Shown here: positions 9,087 through 19,847 of the stretch, in pieces
Layout of the letters: the number at the start of each line of letters is the position of its first letter
Numbering within the stretch: position 1 is the stretch's first letter
Assembly (NCBI GenBank): GCA_963754315.1
Contig: CAVWFS010000008.1
Coordinates: 128,001-192,000, forward strand
DNA length: 64,000 nt
Direction of reading: 5' to 3'
Source of the DNA: an uncultured Candidatus Rokubacteria bacterium
GTDB taxonomy: Bacteria; Methylomirabilota; Methylomirabilia; Rokubacteriales; CSP1-6
Made by a program: the position numbers and the translations under genes
Notes under the pieces: generated by a model
What the model saw: only the letters and a program-made list of their open reading frames with translations
Databases searched by the model: none
Told to the model about the DNA's origin: nothing

Positions 9087-9813
9087 GAGCGCGGTCACCC
9101 CGGAGCGGTTCGCCAAGGGTCGGACCTTCGAAGAGTACGCGACATACGCGGGGAGTGCTGAGAACCTCGCGCGCGAAGGGTTCGGTGGCTATCACCCTGA
9201 CAGCGGGTCGTTCGGCGCCCAGCGGCCGGACAACAGCGGCATCCTGCGGGAGCGCTACGCGCGGGCACGCCTGGCCGACCACCAGACGGCAGCCATCCAG
9301 TGGCTGGTCGCTCAGCCCCAGGGACCGGCCAAGATCCTGGTCATCTCCGAGGACTGGTCGTCCGATTGCCGCCGTGACGTCCCCATGCTCGCTAGGCTGG
9401 CCGAGGCGGGCGGCCTCGAGCTGCGAATCTTCAACCGCGACGGTAAAAAGATCCTAGGGACGCGGCGACCTGATCCGGCCACCGCGCCCGACGCCAACCA
9501 CGACCTCATGCTCGAGTTCATGAACCGGAAGAACGGCGGCGAGTGGGCGTCGGTCCCGGTGGCGGTGTTCTATACCAAGGACTTCCAGGAGCTCCACCGC
9601 TACATCGAGTATCCGGCCATCTATCACAAGGATCTGATCCGCGGGCACCAGCAGGCCGGACGTCCCGGTGAGGCCGAGAGCCAGACCAAGGAGCGCGCCG
9701 CTCGCGACTTTCTCGCCCTGCAGCGGTCGTCCTTCTTCGACATGTGGGCGTGCGCCGCCGTGGACGAAATCCTCAGCGCATTGCACGAGAAGCTCGTGGT
9801 AGGTCGCGCCTGA
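9079..9813 (+). CDS. Thioredoxin-fold protein (Thioredoxin_9-like) with an SxxC motif
   Basis: ILVISEDWSSDCRRDVP...LRIFNRD...SVPVAVF. Confidence 0.75.
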   Translation: MAKSAVTPERFAKGRTFEEYATYAGSAENLAREGFGGYHPDSGSFGAQRPDNSGILRERYARARLADHQTAAIQWLVAQPQGPAKILVISEDWSSDCRRDVPMLARLAEAGGLELRIFNRDGKKILGTRRPDPATAPDANHDLMLEFMNRKNGGEWASVPVAVFYTKDFQELHRYIEYPAIYHKDLIRGHQQAGRPGEAESQTKERAARDFLALQRSSFFDMWACAAVDEILSALHEKLVVGRA

Positions 9814-9855
9814 CCGTCCGCTAGCGACCTCGGCCGATCATGCGCGCGCGAGGCC

Positions 9856-10641
9856 TTACGCTGCCGTCACCCCGCCATCGACCGGCAGGGCGGCGCCGGT
9901 GACGAACGAAGCCTCGTCGGAAAGAAGGAAGAGCGCGGCGTTGGCGATCTCGTCGGGCTGACCCGTGCGTCCCATGGGCACGGAACCGTGGGCCCGCCGC
10001 CTCACCAGGTCTTCGGGATCCATGCCCGCGGTCGACTTCTGATCGGGGCGCGCCACGAACACCCGCAGCATCGGCGTGTCGATGGGCCCTGGACAGATGG
10101 CGTTCACGCGGATTTTCTCGGGCGCTAGGCGGACGGCCAGGCTACGCACAAAGCCAACCACACCGAACTTGCACATGGAGTAGACCGGGCTGAACGACGA
10201 GCCCTGGAGCCCCGAGGTGGAGGCGGTGAACAGCAGGCTCCCGCCCCCGCGGGCGCGCAGCTCGGGAATGGCCGCCTCGGTGGTCACCAGCACGGTGCGC
10301 AGGTTCAAGTCGATGGCGAGCTGGAACGCTTGCAAGTCGATGCCTTCCACCGCTGCCGGCCCCGGATGGCCCACGTGGTTCCAGACGAAGTCGAGCCCCT
10401 TGAACCGATGGACCGTTTCCCAGACGATCCGGCGGGAGTCATCGTCCTTCGTGAGGTCGGCCACGATTCCATGGGCGATCCCGCCGGCAGCGCTGATCTC
10501 GTTGACGACGGCCGCCACTCTCGATGCCGCCACGTCGACGACGGCGACCTGGGCCCCCTCGCGGGCGAAGCGCAAGGCTCCGGCACGCCCCATACCAGAG
10601 CCAGCGGCGGTCACGATCCCGATCTTTCCAGCGAGCCGCAT
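9856..10641 (-). CDS. SDR family oxidoreductase
   Basis: TAAGSGMG, YSMCK and VNAICPG motifs. Confidence 0.92.
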   Translation of the reverse strand: MRLAGKIGIVTAAGSGMGRAGALRFAREGAQVAVVDVAASRVAAVVNEISAAGGIAHGIVADLTKDDDSRRIVWETVHRFKGLDFVWNHVGHPGPAAVEGIDLQAFQLAIDLNLRTVLVTTEAAIPELRARGGGSLLFTASTSGLQGSSFSPVYSMCKFGVVGFVRSLAVRLAPEKIRVNAICPGPIDTPMLRVFVARPDQKSTAGMDPEDLVRRRAHGSVPMGRTGQPDEIANAALFLLSDEASFVTGAALPVDGGVTAA

Positions 10642-10765
10642 GTGCTTCCTCCCATGACAGATTGGCGCGGGCCATCCTACCGCGATCCCGGGGCGTGAGC
10701 GCAGAAAGGGCGATATGGGACAATCGGCCAGGGATAAGAAGGGGCTGCCCTAGCGGGAGAACCCG

Positions 10766-11137
10766 ATGAGCGAGAAGAGAACGTTGTACGAACGGCTTGG
10801 TGGATACGATGCGATCGCGGCGGTGGCGAATGACCTCCTGCCCCGGCTCCGGGCCGATCCGCAGCTCGGTCGCTTCTGGGCACACCGTGGGGAGGACGGC
10901 ATCAGCCGTGAGAAGCAGCTCCTGATTGACTTTCTCTGTGCGAGTGCAGGGGGGCCGATGTACTACCGCGGTCGGGACATGGCGCTCTGTCATCGCGGCA
11001 TGCGCATTAGCGAGAGTGACTGGAGCGTGTTTCTCGGCCATGCCGGGGCGACCTTGGCCAAATTCCGGGTGCCGGAGGCCGAACAGCGCGAGGTTGTTAC
11101 GTTTGTCCAGAGCCTCAAGCGGGAGATCGTGGAATAG
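10766..11137 (+). CDS. Group I truncated haemoglobin
   Basis: LYERLGG...FLCASAGGPMYYRGRDM..CH.GM pattern. Confidence 0.9.
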   Translation: MSEKRTLYERLGGYDAIAAVANDLLPRLRADPQLGRFWAHRGEDGISREKQLLIDFLCASAGGPMYYRGRDMALCHRGMRISESDWSVFLGHAGATLAKFRVPEAEQREVVTFVQSLKREIVE

Positions 11138-11193
11138 CCGTGAATCAGTTTCTTGTCGGACGGGTCACGTGACCGGCGCGAACCCGTAGGATC

Positions 11194-12345
11194 CTACCGC
11201 ACCACTCCCTGTTCACGGAGGGCCTGAATAGTCGGGTCATCGTAGCCGAGGACGTCGCGCAACACTTCGTCAGTGTGCTGGCCCGGAGTGGGGACGGGAC
11301 CCAGGCGACCTGGTGTCTTGGACATCTTGATCGTGAGGCCGGGAACGTACATCTCGCCGGCGACGGGATCGTCCATTTTCACCAGCATCTCGCGCTCCCA
11401 GAGGTGAGGGTCCACGGCGACCTCGGGAATCGTCCGGACTGGTGCCACCGGCACTCCGGCTTCCATGAGAGTGGCGCAGATCTCCTCGACGCGGTGGCCA
11501 GCGCACCATTGCTCGACACGGGCGCGGCGGTGGTCGGCAACGCTGCTGCCGGGCAGAGGAGTTGTGTCGACCTCGGCGTCCTCGCCCTGCACGATCCGCA
11601 TCAGGCGCGCCGCCATCTCGCGCCCCGCCGCGCTGATCACCACCCAGCCGTCCAGCGCCCGGTAGGGAGGCCGTCCCCCTTCGCCCCCCTCGGCCCCGGT
11701 GGCCAGGTAGTAGGACGTCGGAATTTCGACCATGGTAAGAGCTGAGTCGAGCAGACACACGTCGACCACTTGACCTTCGCCGGTCCGCTCGCGGTGGCGG
11801 AGTGCGGCGAGCGTGCCGATGGTCGCGTGGAGTGCCGTATAACGATCGACCACCGACGAGGCAGTGCCGAGGGGTTGGCCGACTGGCTGGCCAGTCAGGG
11901 CCATGAGCCCGCTCATGGCCTGGCCGAGCGGATCGAAGGCGGGGCGATCGGTGTACGGACCGTACTGCCCGAAGCCCGACACCGATACAAGAATGACACT
12001 TGCGTTCAGGGCGCGCAGCCGTTCGTAGTCGAAGCCCATCGCGCGCATGACACCAGGCCGAAAGTTCTCGAGCACGACGTCCGCCTTCCGCACAAGACTG
12101 GCGAAGACCACCTTGCCGGCCTCGCTCCGAAGATCCAGGCAGACGCTCTTTTTTCCGCGGTTGTAGACGGTGAAGTACACGCTCTGACCGCGGACGACCG
12201 GCGGGTGCCGCCGCGTCTCCTCGCCGCCAAGGGGCTCGATCTTGATGACCTCGGCCCCGAGGTCGGACAGGATCATGCCGCCGCGCGGACCGGCCTGGAA
12301 GCGAGCCAGTTCGAGGACGCGGACACCGTCGAGTGCGTGAGTCAT
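11194..12345 (-). CDS. CaiB/BaiF family III CoA-transferase
   Basis: AGPRGGMILSDLGAEVIKIE, NRGKKS, ENFRPG and GFGQYGP motifs. Confidence 0.93.
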   Translation of the reverse strand: MTHALDGVRVLELARFQAGPRGGMILSDLGAEVIKIEPLGGEETRRHPPVVRGQSVYFTVYNRGKKSVCLDLRSEAGKVVFASLVRKADVVLENFRPGVMRAMGFDYERLRALNASVILVSVSGFGQYGPYTDRPAFDPLGQAMSGLMALTGQPVGQPLGTASSVVDRYTALHATIGTLAALRHRERTGEGQVVDVCLLDSALTMVEIPTSYYLATGAEGGEGGRPPYRALDGWVVISAAGREMAARLMRIVQGEDAEVDTTPLPGSSVADHRRARVEQWCAGHRVEEICATLMEAGVPVAPVRTIPEVAVDPHLWEREMLVKMDDPVAGEMYVPGLTIKMSKTPGRLGPVPTPGQHTDEVLRDVLGYDDPTIQALREQGVVR

Positions 12346-13241
12346 GGCGTGGCGCGTACCTTGACCCCAGCCCGCTCTTCTTGAAGCAGCCAGGGCGCAG
12401 TCGAGTCCTTGTCACCCAATCCGCGAGCCACGCACTCGATCATGAGCTGCTCTGCCACGGCCGCCATGGGCATCGACACGTCATACTCGCGGGCCAGCGC
12501 CGTGGCCAGCCCGATGTCCTTGCGGGCGAGCTTCAGCGCGAACCGCACGTTGTCGAAATCTCCCTTGAAGATGACATTGGGAAGCATCTGGGAGAGCAGC
12601 AGGCCCTGGCCGAACGAGGCTCCCCGGACGGCCTCGAGCAGCGCCTCGGCCCGTACCCCTGCCTTCACGCCGAGCGTGAACCCTTCGGCAAAGACCGCGC
12701 GGGTGGCGATCCCGATCATGTTGTGGACGAGCTTGGCCACCGTGCCCGCCCCGATTGGGCCCATGTAGCCCACCTTGTCGCCCACCGCACCGAGCACGTC
12801 CTTGACCTCGCGATAGATCGACTCGTCTCCCCCCACCATCACTTGAAGCGTCCCACGCTGAGCACCCCACACCCCGCCCGACACGGGGGCATCGAGCACG
12901 TGAACGCCCTTGTCCTTGAACGCGGCGTGGATTTTTCGCATCACCGTCGGCGAACCTGTCGAGAGGTCGGCATACACGCTGCCCGGCACGGCGCCGTGGA
13001 TGATGCCGTCCGCACCGAGGGCCACGGCTTCGACCTCGGTCGGGCCTGGAAGGGAGGTGAGGATCAGCTCGTTGCCGTGGGCGGCCGCGCGCGGGCTTTC
13101 TGCCCACGTGGCCCCCCGCTCGAGATGCGGAGCCGCCGCCGGTCGCCGCACGTCGTGCACGACCAGTGTGTGCCCAGCCTTGATGAGGTTCAACGCCATC
13201 GGTCCACCCATGTTGCCGAGCCCGATGAATCCGATCTTCAT
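12342..13241 (-). CDS. 3-hydroxyisobutyrate dehydrogenase / beta-hydroxyacid dehydrogenase family
   Basis: GFIGLGNMG, DAPVSGG and KLVHN motifs. Confidence 0.92.
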   Translation of the reverse strand: MKIGFIGLGNMGGPMALNLIKAGHTLVVHDVRRPAAAPHLERGATWAESPRAAAHGNELILTSLPGPTEVEAVALGADGIIHGAVPGSVYADLSTGSPTVMRKIHAAFKDKGVHVLDAPVSGGVWGAQRGTLQVMVGGDESIYREVKDVLGAVGDKVGYMGPIGAGTVAKLVHNMIGIATRAVFAEGFTLGVKAGVRAEALLEAVRGASFGQGLLLSQMLPNVIFKGDFDNVRFALKLARKDIGLATALAREYDVSMPMAAVAEQLMIECVARGLGDKDSTAPWLLQEERAGVKVRATP

Positions 13242-13490
13242 CCCGTCCTCCTCGTCAGTGTCGCGTCGGCAGGATAGTGCGCCGGGCCCTCCCCATCGTC
13301 AAGGCTCAGGGCGGAGGGCTCCACGTCGGAAGGTCGCGGAGGCGCACCTCCCAGATAGAGGTGATGCCACAGCTGGGTGGAGAGCACTCCGACATGGAGG
13401 CCTCCCGATCGCACCGCGCGCCAGGTGGCCCGGGCCCTATGTTTGCAGGGAGGCCTCCGGACCTCGATGAGCCCCGGCCGGGGCTCGTGC

Positions 13491-15020
13491 CTATTTGCCC
13501 TTGAGCTTCAGATCCTCGTAGGGAGAGGAGTACGGATGGCCCGCGATAAGGGTGAGGCCGGACTCCGCCACCCGAGGCCCGTAGCCATTCAGGAAGGCCA
13601 GCTCCCAGATGGGCGCGTACACCGCCTTCTCGTGGATGAGCTGCTGAATGCGATGCAGCATCGCCTCCCGGCGTTTCAGATCGTTCTCGCCGGCCTGCTC
13701 ACGCACGAGACCTTCGATGTCCGGATAACTCCCGTAAGTGAAGGTGCCACCCGCCGCCACGAAGGCATCGATCCGGGTAGCCGCGTTGCCGGCCGCCCCG
13801 CTAGCCGTCTGGATGATGTTCTTCAGCTTCTTGTCGCGGTTCTGCGCGATGAATGCGGCCCGCTCCAGGGGGCGCAGCTGCGTCCGGATGCCCGCCGCCT
13901 TGAGGTAGTTGACCACGGCCTCCCCGAGGTTCGCGTAGGAGCTGTCGCAATAGTAGTCCCCCGCGTCGAAGCCATTCGGGTACCCGGCCTCCGTCAGCAA
14001 TCGCTTCGTCTTGGCGGGGTCATACGCATGAATGGGGGGCTGCCAGAAGAACTCGAACGAGGACGGGATGATGCTCCCTAGGACCTTGGAAAAGCCCAGG
14101 GTCTCGGCCTTGTTGATGGCCGGCCGGTCGATGGCATGGTTGACGGCCAGCCGCACGCGCTGATCCGTGAAGGGCGACTTCGGGTCCGTCCACTGCTCTG
14201 GAAAGTTCAGCCAGAACGTCCCCGGAGGGTAGTTCGGCTTGAGGGTCAGCCCCGGAGTGCGCTGCAGCTCCTCAGCCAGGGCCCCCCGGATCGAGTAGGC
14301 GATGTCCACCTCGCCGCGTTTGAGCGCCACCAGCCGCGTCTCCTCCTCCACCACCGACCTGAAGACCAGGCGCTTCACGCTCGGTGTCTTCCGCCAGTAG
14401 CCGTCGAAGGCCTCCAGCACCAGTTCCACGCCTGGGTTGAAGGAGACGAACTTGTAGGGTCCGGCGCCGACGGGCGCCTTCTTGAAGCCGTCGTCCCCGA
14501 CCTTCTCGACATACTTCTTCGGCACAATCCACCCAGCTCCGGTGGATGGGGTGCCGTAGAAGGTCATGAAGTCGGGCCACGGCTGCTTGAAGCGGAACCG
14601 AATACGGTGCTGGTCGATCACATCGATTCCGGCGGTCCGCGCCTTGAAGGGACCCGATCCCGCCCCCCGGTAGCGTTCGAAGGTGAACTTGACGTCCTCG
14701 GCCGTCACCGGGTCACCGTTGTGGAACTTCACCCCCTTGCGCAACACGAACTCGTAGCTGAGGTTGTCCGGGGAAACGGTCCAGGACTCGGCCAAGCTGG
14801 GGGCCATGGCCTGCCCGGGCATCGACTTCACCATGGCGTCATGGATGGCGTAGAGGAACATGAACGGGGTGATGATCCCCGCCGTCTCACCAGGGTCGAA
14901 CCAGGTCGGGGCGAGGGAAACGTGAACCGCCCAGGTAAGCTGACCTTCCGGCGCTCCCGCCGCGGGAGAGGAGGCCACGATGGTGAGGAGCAGTGCGGTG
15001 ATGAGAGCCCGTCGGATCAT
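13491..15020 (-). CDS. ABC transporter substrate-binding protein, family 5 (peptide/nickel type), orphan
   Basis: Signal peptide; LAESW, LRKGVKFHNG and GAGPYK motifs. Confidence 0.92.
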   Translation of the reverse strand: MIRRALITALLLTIVASSPAAGAPEGQLTWAVHVSLAPTWFDPGETAGIITPFMFLYAIHDAMVKSMPGQAMAPSLAESWTVSPDNLSYEFVLRKGVKFHNGDPVTAEDVKFTFERYRGAGSGPFKARTAGIDVIDQHRIRFRFKQPWPDFMTFYGTPSTGAGWIVPKKYVEKVGDDGFKKAPVGAGPYKFVSFNPGVELVLEAFDGYWRKTPSVKRLVFRSVVEEETRLVALKRGEVDIAYSIRGALAEELQRTPGLTLKPNYPPGTFWLNFPEQWTDPKSPFTDQRVRLAVNHAIDRPAINKAETLGFSKVLGSIIPSSFEFFWQPPIHAYDPAKTKRLLTEAGYPNGFDAGDYYCDSSYANLGEAVVNYLKAAGIRTQLRPLERAAFIAQNRDKKLKNIIQTASGAAGNAATRIDAFVAAGGTFTYGSYPDIEGLVREQAGENDLKRREAMLHRIQQLIHEKAVYAPIWELAFLNGYGPRVAESGLTLIAGHPYSSPYEDLKLKGK

Positions 15021-15145
15021 GTCCTGTCCTCCTCTGCGCCGCGAGCGATCGAACGAAGCCGAGAGGAATCACGAGCGGACGGAAACCGTGAGGGGATTAT
15101 CGGCAAAAACGAATCCTTGTCAACCGCGCCGTAAGCGCTCTCAGC

Positions 15146-16579
15146 TCAACCAGCCAGCGAGGGGCGGCGGTCAGCCCAGGGTTGGGCCGCTTCCAGTTGC
15201 GCGCCGAGCCTGAAGAGCGTGCTCTCCTCCCCGAAGCGTGCCGCGAACTGCACGCCGAGAGGCAGACCGCTCCTGGACCACGCGAGAGGCACTGACATCG
15301 CTGGATTGCCCGAGGAATTGAACAGCGATGTGAACCCGATGCTGGCGAGCAACGCCGCTAGATAGGCGTCGTCATCGTCGCTTGACATGTTCAGCACCCC
15401 GATCGGATACGGCGGCTGGCACATGGTCGGCGTGAGCAAGATGTCGTAGCTCTGGAAGAAGCGGGCCACTGCGCGCCCGGTCCGGTGAACCACATTGATT
15501 GACCGCGCGTAGTCGGCAGCCGTGGCAGTGACACCGTCGACGGCCCGGGCCCAGGTCATCTTCTCCACGTCCTCGGCTTCGAGGGGGCGTCCCCGCACGG
15601 CGGCCCTCGTGTCGAGCTGCGCGCGCACATTGGCCCCAACGATGATGCGAACGGCGCGCCACAGGGCATCGGTATCGATCTGGGGCCTCGCTTCCTCCAC
15701 GTGATGGCCGAGTGACGCGCACAGCTTGGCCGCCGCCCGGGCCGCCTCGGCACATTCAGGATCGACCGGCTGGCCATTCCAGGGCGTCGTGGTCAGTGCG
15801 ATCCGGAGGCGTCCGGGGTCACGGCCGACCTCGGCCAAGAACGGACCGGCCGGAGGCGGCGCCCAGTATGGATCGCCCACGTCCGGGCCCGAGGTCGTGT
15901 CGAGCAACGCAGCGCTGTCGCGCACCGTCCGCGTGATGGCATGCCCCACCGACGCCCCACCCCAGCCTTCACCTGCGTCCGGGCCCATCGGGTTGCGAGC
16001 CCGCGTCGGTTTGAGTCCGAAGAGTCCGCAGCACGAGGCCGGAATGCGAATGGAGCCGCCGCCGTCGGTGGCGTGGGCCATGGGGAGCATCCCGGCGGCC
16101 ACCGCGGCGGCAGCACCGCCGCTCGAGCCGCCAGCGCTGTACGCGAGGTTCCACGGGTTCCGAGTGGGGCCGAACAGGCGCGGCTCGGTCGACGGAGCGA
16201 GTCCGAGCTCGGGGGTGTTGCTCTTGCCAAGGATCACGAAGCCCGCGCGTTTCAATCGGGCCGTGATCTCGCTGTCGTGATCGGCAACGACGCCGGCAAA
16301 GAAAGCGCTTCCGAAGCTCGTGGGGGCGCCCGCGTAGAGCACGCCGAGGTCCTTCAAGAGATAGGGCACGCCCGTGAAGGGTCCGGATGGCAACCCGGCG
16401 ACGATGGTCTCGCGCGCCTGGTCGTACAGACGCGTCACAACCGCGTTCACGGCAGTGTTCCGCTCTTCGATCCGGCCGATCGCCGCCTCGAGGATCTCGG
16501 CCGGCTTCACCTCGTGACGGCGAACGAGCTCCGCAAGGCCGAGGCCATCGTAGCGCTCGAAGTCCGCGAATCCCCGCAT
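15146..16579 (-). CDS. Amidase signature family protein
   Basis: LLKD, GGSSGG and [11 protein letters not shown] motifs. Start placed at ATG 16579. Confidence 0.93.
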   Translation of the reverse strand: MRGFADFERYDGLGLAELVRRHEVKPAEILEAAIGRIEERNTAVNAVVTRLYDQARETIVAGLPSGPFTGVPYLLKDLGVLYAGAPTSFGSAFFAGVVADHDSEITARLKRAGFVILGKSNTPELGLAPSTEPRLFGPTRNPWNLAYSAGGSSGGAAAAVAAGMLPMAHATDGGGSIRIPASCCGLFGLKPTRARNPMGPDAGEGWGGASVGHAITRTVRDSAALLDTTSGPDVGDPYWAPPPAGPFLAEVGRDPGRLRIALTTTPWNGQPVDPECAEAARAAAKLCASLGHHVEEARPQIDTDALWRAVRIIVGANVRAQLDTRAAVRGRPLEAEDVEKMTWARAVDGVTATAADYARSINVVHRTGRAVARFFQSYDILLTPTMCQPPYPIGVLNMSSDDDDAYLAALLASIGFTSLFNSSGNPAMSVPLAWSRSGLPLGVQFAARFGEESTLFRLGAQLEAAQPWADRRPSLAG

Positions 16580-16714
16580 GAAGAAACCCTCCCCCGGGTG
16601 AGTTGCGGCACCCATCATATCCCCGGCGCGTGCTGGCCGCGTCGGGAACGGCTGAGCACGGCAGGCTTGGCGGGAGTGCTGGTCCTCCAGCGGCCGGCCT
16701 CGTACAATCAGCCC

Positions 16715-17476
16715 GTGAGCGTGGAAGCTGCCTTGAACGCCATCTGGTCGGGCCATCAACGACGGCAGCACCATCCATCCGAGTGGCAGGGCCGACTGAG
16801 CATGATCGAGGCGTACCAGGTTCAGCTGGGACTGCTCGACCGGTACGTGGGGATGGGCGACCGCCATGCCGGCTGGAAGGTGGGCCTGACGGCCAAAGCC
16901 ATGCAGCAGCAGCAAGGCGTCCATGAGCCCGTCTTCGGCTTTCTCCTCGAGAGCGGGCATCGGAGCACGGGCGTGGTTTTCTCCATCAACGAGCTGATCC
17001 GTCCTGGCTTCGAAAACGAGCTCTGCATCACGCTGGGTCGGACGCTCGTCGGTCCCGCGGTCACCGTCGCCCAAGCGCGCGAGGCCATCGCCACGGTCGC
17101 ACCTGCTCTCGAGATCGTCGAGCGGCGGGGCGACTTTACCGCCGACCTGCACCTGGCGCTGGCCGACAACGCTCAACAGAAGGCCTTTGTCACCGGGGCC
17201 GAGTACCCGCTGGGCCAACTGGACCTGGCGACGGTGAGCGTGGACGTCCGCGTCAACGGAATCCATCAAGAGCGAGCGCGGGGGGCCGAAGTGTTGGGCA
17301 CGCCGGTGGCGTCGATCACCTGGCTCGCCAACAAGCTCGCCGAGTTCGGCCGTCGGCTCGAGACCGGCGCGAAGGTAATGTCGGGCTCGTTCACCCGACA
17401 GTATGCTCTCAGTGCGGGTGACCAGGTGGACTCACGCTTCGACCCTGTGGGCGCCGTTCAGGCCGAATTTCACTAG
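16715..17476 (+). CDS. 2-keto-4-pentenoate hydratase / fumarylacetoacetate hydrolase family
   Basis: AYQVQ, GWKVGLT, PALEIVE, LADN and MSGSFT motifs. Start placed at GTG 16715. Confidence 0.87.
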   Translation: MSVEAALNAIWSGHQRRQHHPSEWQGRLSMIEAYQVQLGLLDRYVGMGDRHAGWKVGLTAKAMQQQQGVHEPVFGFLLESGHRSTGVVFSINELIRPGFENELCITLGRTLVGPAVTVAQAREAIATVAPALEIVERRGDFTADLHLALADNAQQKAFVTGAEYPLGQLDLATVSVDVRVNGIHQERARGAEVLGTPVASITWLANKLAEFGRRLETGAKVMSGSFTRQYALSAGDQVDSRFDPVGAVQAEFH

Positions 17477-17482
17477 GACAGC

Positions 17483-18361
17483 GTGAGCGCCGTGCGACCC
17501 ACCACGCGCCTGCGGGAGCTTCTCCGACGCGACTCGATCCTGGTGGCGCCCGGGGCCTACGACGGGCTCTCGGCGCGGCTCGTGGCGCGGGCGGGGTTCG
17601 ACGCCGTCTACGCGACGGGAGGTGGCATCGCGCGCAGCGCGGGCTATCCAGACCTTGGCCTGCTCACCATGTCCGAGGTCGTCGATCGCCTGGCGGCCAT
17701 CGTCGAGCATTCAGCCCTGCCCGTCATCGCCGACGCTGACACGGGCTACGGCAACGCCCTCAATGTCCAGCGCATGGTCCGCGCTTTCGAGCGCACCGGG
17801 GTGGCTGCCCTCCATCTCGAGGACCAGCAGTTCCCGAAGCGGTGCGGCCATTACGACGACAAGGGAATTATCCCGACCGCCGAGATGGCCGACAAGCTCC
17901 GGGCCGCCCGCGACGCAGCCGGCGATCCCGATCTCGTGCTCATCGCCCGCACGGATGCCTTGGCCCTCGAGGGCATGGCGGGCGCTATCACCCGGGCCCA
18001 TGTCTATGCGGAGTCCGGAGCTGATGTGATCTTCGTGGAGGCACCGACCACCGAGACCGAGATCGAGGAGATCGCGCGACAGGTTCCACAGCCGAAGCTC
18101 ATCAACATGTTCGAGGGGGGGAAGACTCCCCTCGTTCCTCTCGGCCGCCTGCAGACTCTCGGCTATCGTATCGTCATCATCCCCTCGGACCTCCAGCGCG
18201 CGGCCATCCGCGCCATGGAGGAGGTACTCAGGGTAATCGCGCGCGATGGCAACAGCGCGGCCCTGGCGGGGCGCATGGCGTCGTTCAGGGAGCGGGAGGC
18301 GGTCGTGGGCACGGACGGCTATCTGGAGCGCGGGCGCCGCTACGATCGTGGAACTACTTGA
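17483..18361 (+). CDS. Isocitrate lyase / PEP mutase family lyase (PrpB-like)
   Basis: DADTGYG, EDQ..PKRCGH and IARTDA motifs. Confidence 0.92.
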   Translation: MSAVRPTTRLRELLRRDSILVAPGAYDGLSARLVARAGFDAVYATGGGIARSAGYPDLGLLTMSEVVDRLAAIVEHSALPVIADADTGYGNALNVQRMVRAFERTGVAALHLEDQQFPKRCGHYDDKGIIPTAEMADKLRAARDAAGDPDLVLIARTDALALEGMAGAITRAHVYAESGADVIFVEAPTTETEIEEIARQVPQPKLINMFEGGKTPLVPLGRLQTLGYRIVIIPSDLQRAAIRAMEEVLRVIARDGNSAALAGRMASFREREAVVGTDGYLERGRRYDRGTT

Positions 18362-18478
18362 GCTTCGTGTCGAAATTCTAGCCCAGCGCCGCTGCCAGCG
18401 CTGGCGCAATGGCACTCTGGGCCAATCGATGGCGACAGCTAGGCACCGGGAGGACAATGGGAGGAGGGGGACGCACCG

Positions 18479-19843
18479 ATGAGCATACAGTCCGTCAATC
18501 CCGCGACCGGTGAGACTCTTGCCACCTTTCCCGAGACGTCAGACAGAGACATCGAGCGAATCCTCGCCAATAGCCAGGCGGCCTTCGGCGGATGGCGGAC
18601 CCTACCTTTCACGGTGCGGGCCGAGCGGATGCGCGCGGCGGCACGGGTCCTTCGAGCGCGCACGACAGACTATGCCCGCGCCATGACCCTCGAAATGGGC
18701 AAGCCCATCGTCGAGGCCGAGGGCGAGGTCGAAAAGTGTGCCTGGGTCTGCGACCACTACGCGGAGCATGCCGAGGCAGATCTCGCCGAGCAGCCGCGTG
18801 CGACGGACGCCTCCAAGAGCTATGTGCGCTTCGATCCGCTCGGGCCCGTGCTGGCGGTCATGCCCTGGAACTTTCCCTTCTGGCAGGTTTTCCGTTTTGC
18901 GGCACCGGCTCTCATGGCCGGCAACGGCGCCGTCCTCAAGCACGCCTCGAACGTGCCGCGCTGTGCGCTCGCCATCGAGGAGGTCTTCCGCGAGGCGGGC
19001 TTTCCGGCCGGACTCTTCGCGACGGTGCTGGTCAGCTCGGCCAAGGTGGTGAAGCTCATCGCCGATCCGCGGATTGTGGCCGTCACCTTGACCGGCAGCG
19101 AACAGGCCGGCAGCATCGTGGCCGCCCAAGCCGGTCGCGAGCTGAAGAAAACGGTACTCGAGCTGGGCGGCAGCGACCCCTTCATTGTGCTGGGGGACGC
19201 TGATCTCGCTCGTGCCGCCCGGGTCGCCGCCGATGCCCGGCTCATCAACAGCGGGCAGAGCTGTATCGCCGCCAAGCGCTTCATCGTGGTCGACCCGATC
19301 GCCGACCAGTTTCTGGAGCGTTTCAAGGTCGAGCTCGGCTCGCGCCGCATGGGGGATCCGCTGGCCCGGGAGACTCAGGTGGGACCACAGGCCCGCGGCG
19401 ATCTTCGAGACTCCCTCCACCAGCAAGTCACGGAGTCGATCAAGCGGGGCGCCCAGCGGCTCCTAGGCGGGGAGATTCCAGCGGGCCCCGGGGCTTTCTA
19501 TCCCCCCACGTTGCTGACGGCGGTGGACAAGGGCATGCCGGCCTTCGACGAGGAGACGTTTGGTCCCGTGGCCGCGGTCATCCGGGCCAAAGATCAGGCA
19601 GACGCGGTGCGTTTGGCCAACGATTCGCCCTTCGGGCTCGGCGCGTCGCTGTGGACGCAGGATCGCGTACGGGCAGAGAGTGTGGCCGCGGAGCTGGAGG
19701 CGGGCACGGTCTTCGTCAATGGCCAGGTGAAGTCGGACCCGCGTTTGCCCTTCGGCGGCATCAAGCGGTCCGGGTATGGGCGGGAGCTGGCGGAATACGG
19801 CATCCGCGAGTTCGTCAATATCAAGTCGGTCTGGATCGCCTGA
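18479..19843 (+). CDS. NAD(P)-dependent succinate-semialdehyde dehydrogenase family aldehyde dehydrogenase
   Basis: MPWNFP, LELGGSDP, GQSCIAAKR and EETFGP motifs. Confidence 0.93.
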   Translation: MSIQSVNPATGETLATFPETSDRDIERILANSQAAFGGWRTLPFTVRAERMRAAARVLRARTTDYARAMTLEMGKPIVEAEGEVEKCAWVCDHYAEHAEADLAEQPRATDASKSYVRFDPLGPVLAVMPWNFPFWQVFRFAAPALMAGNGAVLKHASNVPRCALAIEEVFREAGFPAGLFATVLVSSAKVVKLIADPRIVAVTLTGSEQAGSIVAAQAGRELKKTVLELGGSDPFIVLGDADLARAARVAADARLINSGQSCIAAKRFIVVDPIADQFLERFKVELGSRRMGDPLARETQVGPQARGDLRDSLHQQVTESIKRGAQRLLGGEIPAGPGAFYPPTLLTAVDKGMPAFDEETFGPVAAVIRAKDQADAVRLANDSPFGLGASLWTQDRVRAESVAAELEAGTVFVNGQVKSDPRLPFGGIKRSGYGRELAEYGIREFVNIKSVWIA

Positions 19844-19847
19844 CCCC

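Noticed and set aside
15146..17269. 707-aa amidase fusion; similarly extended starts for ORFs 19848-21302, 40842-42065 and 39002-39676
   Set aside because: The extensions overlap real neighbouring genes or intergenic DNA, and family similarity begins only at internal start codons.
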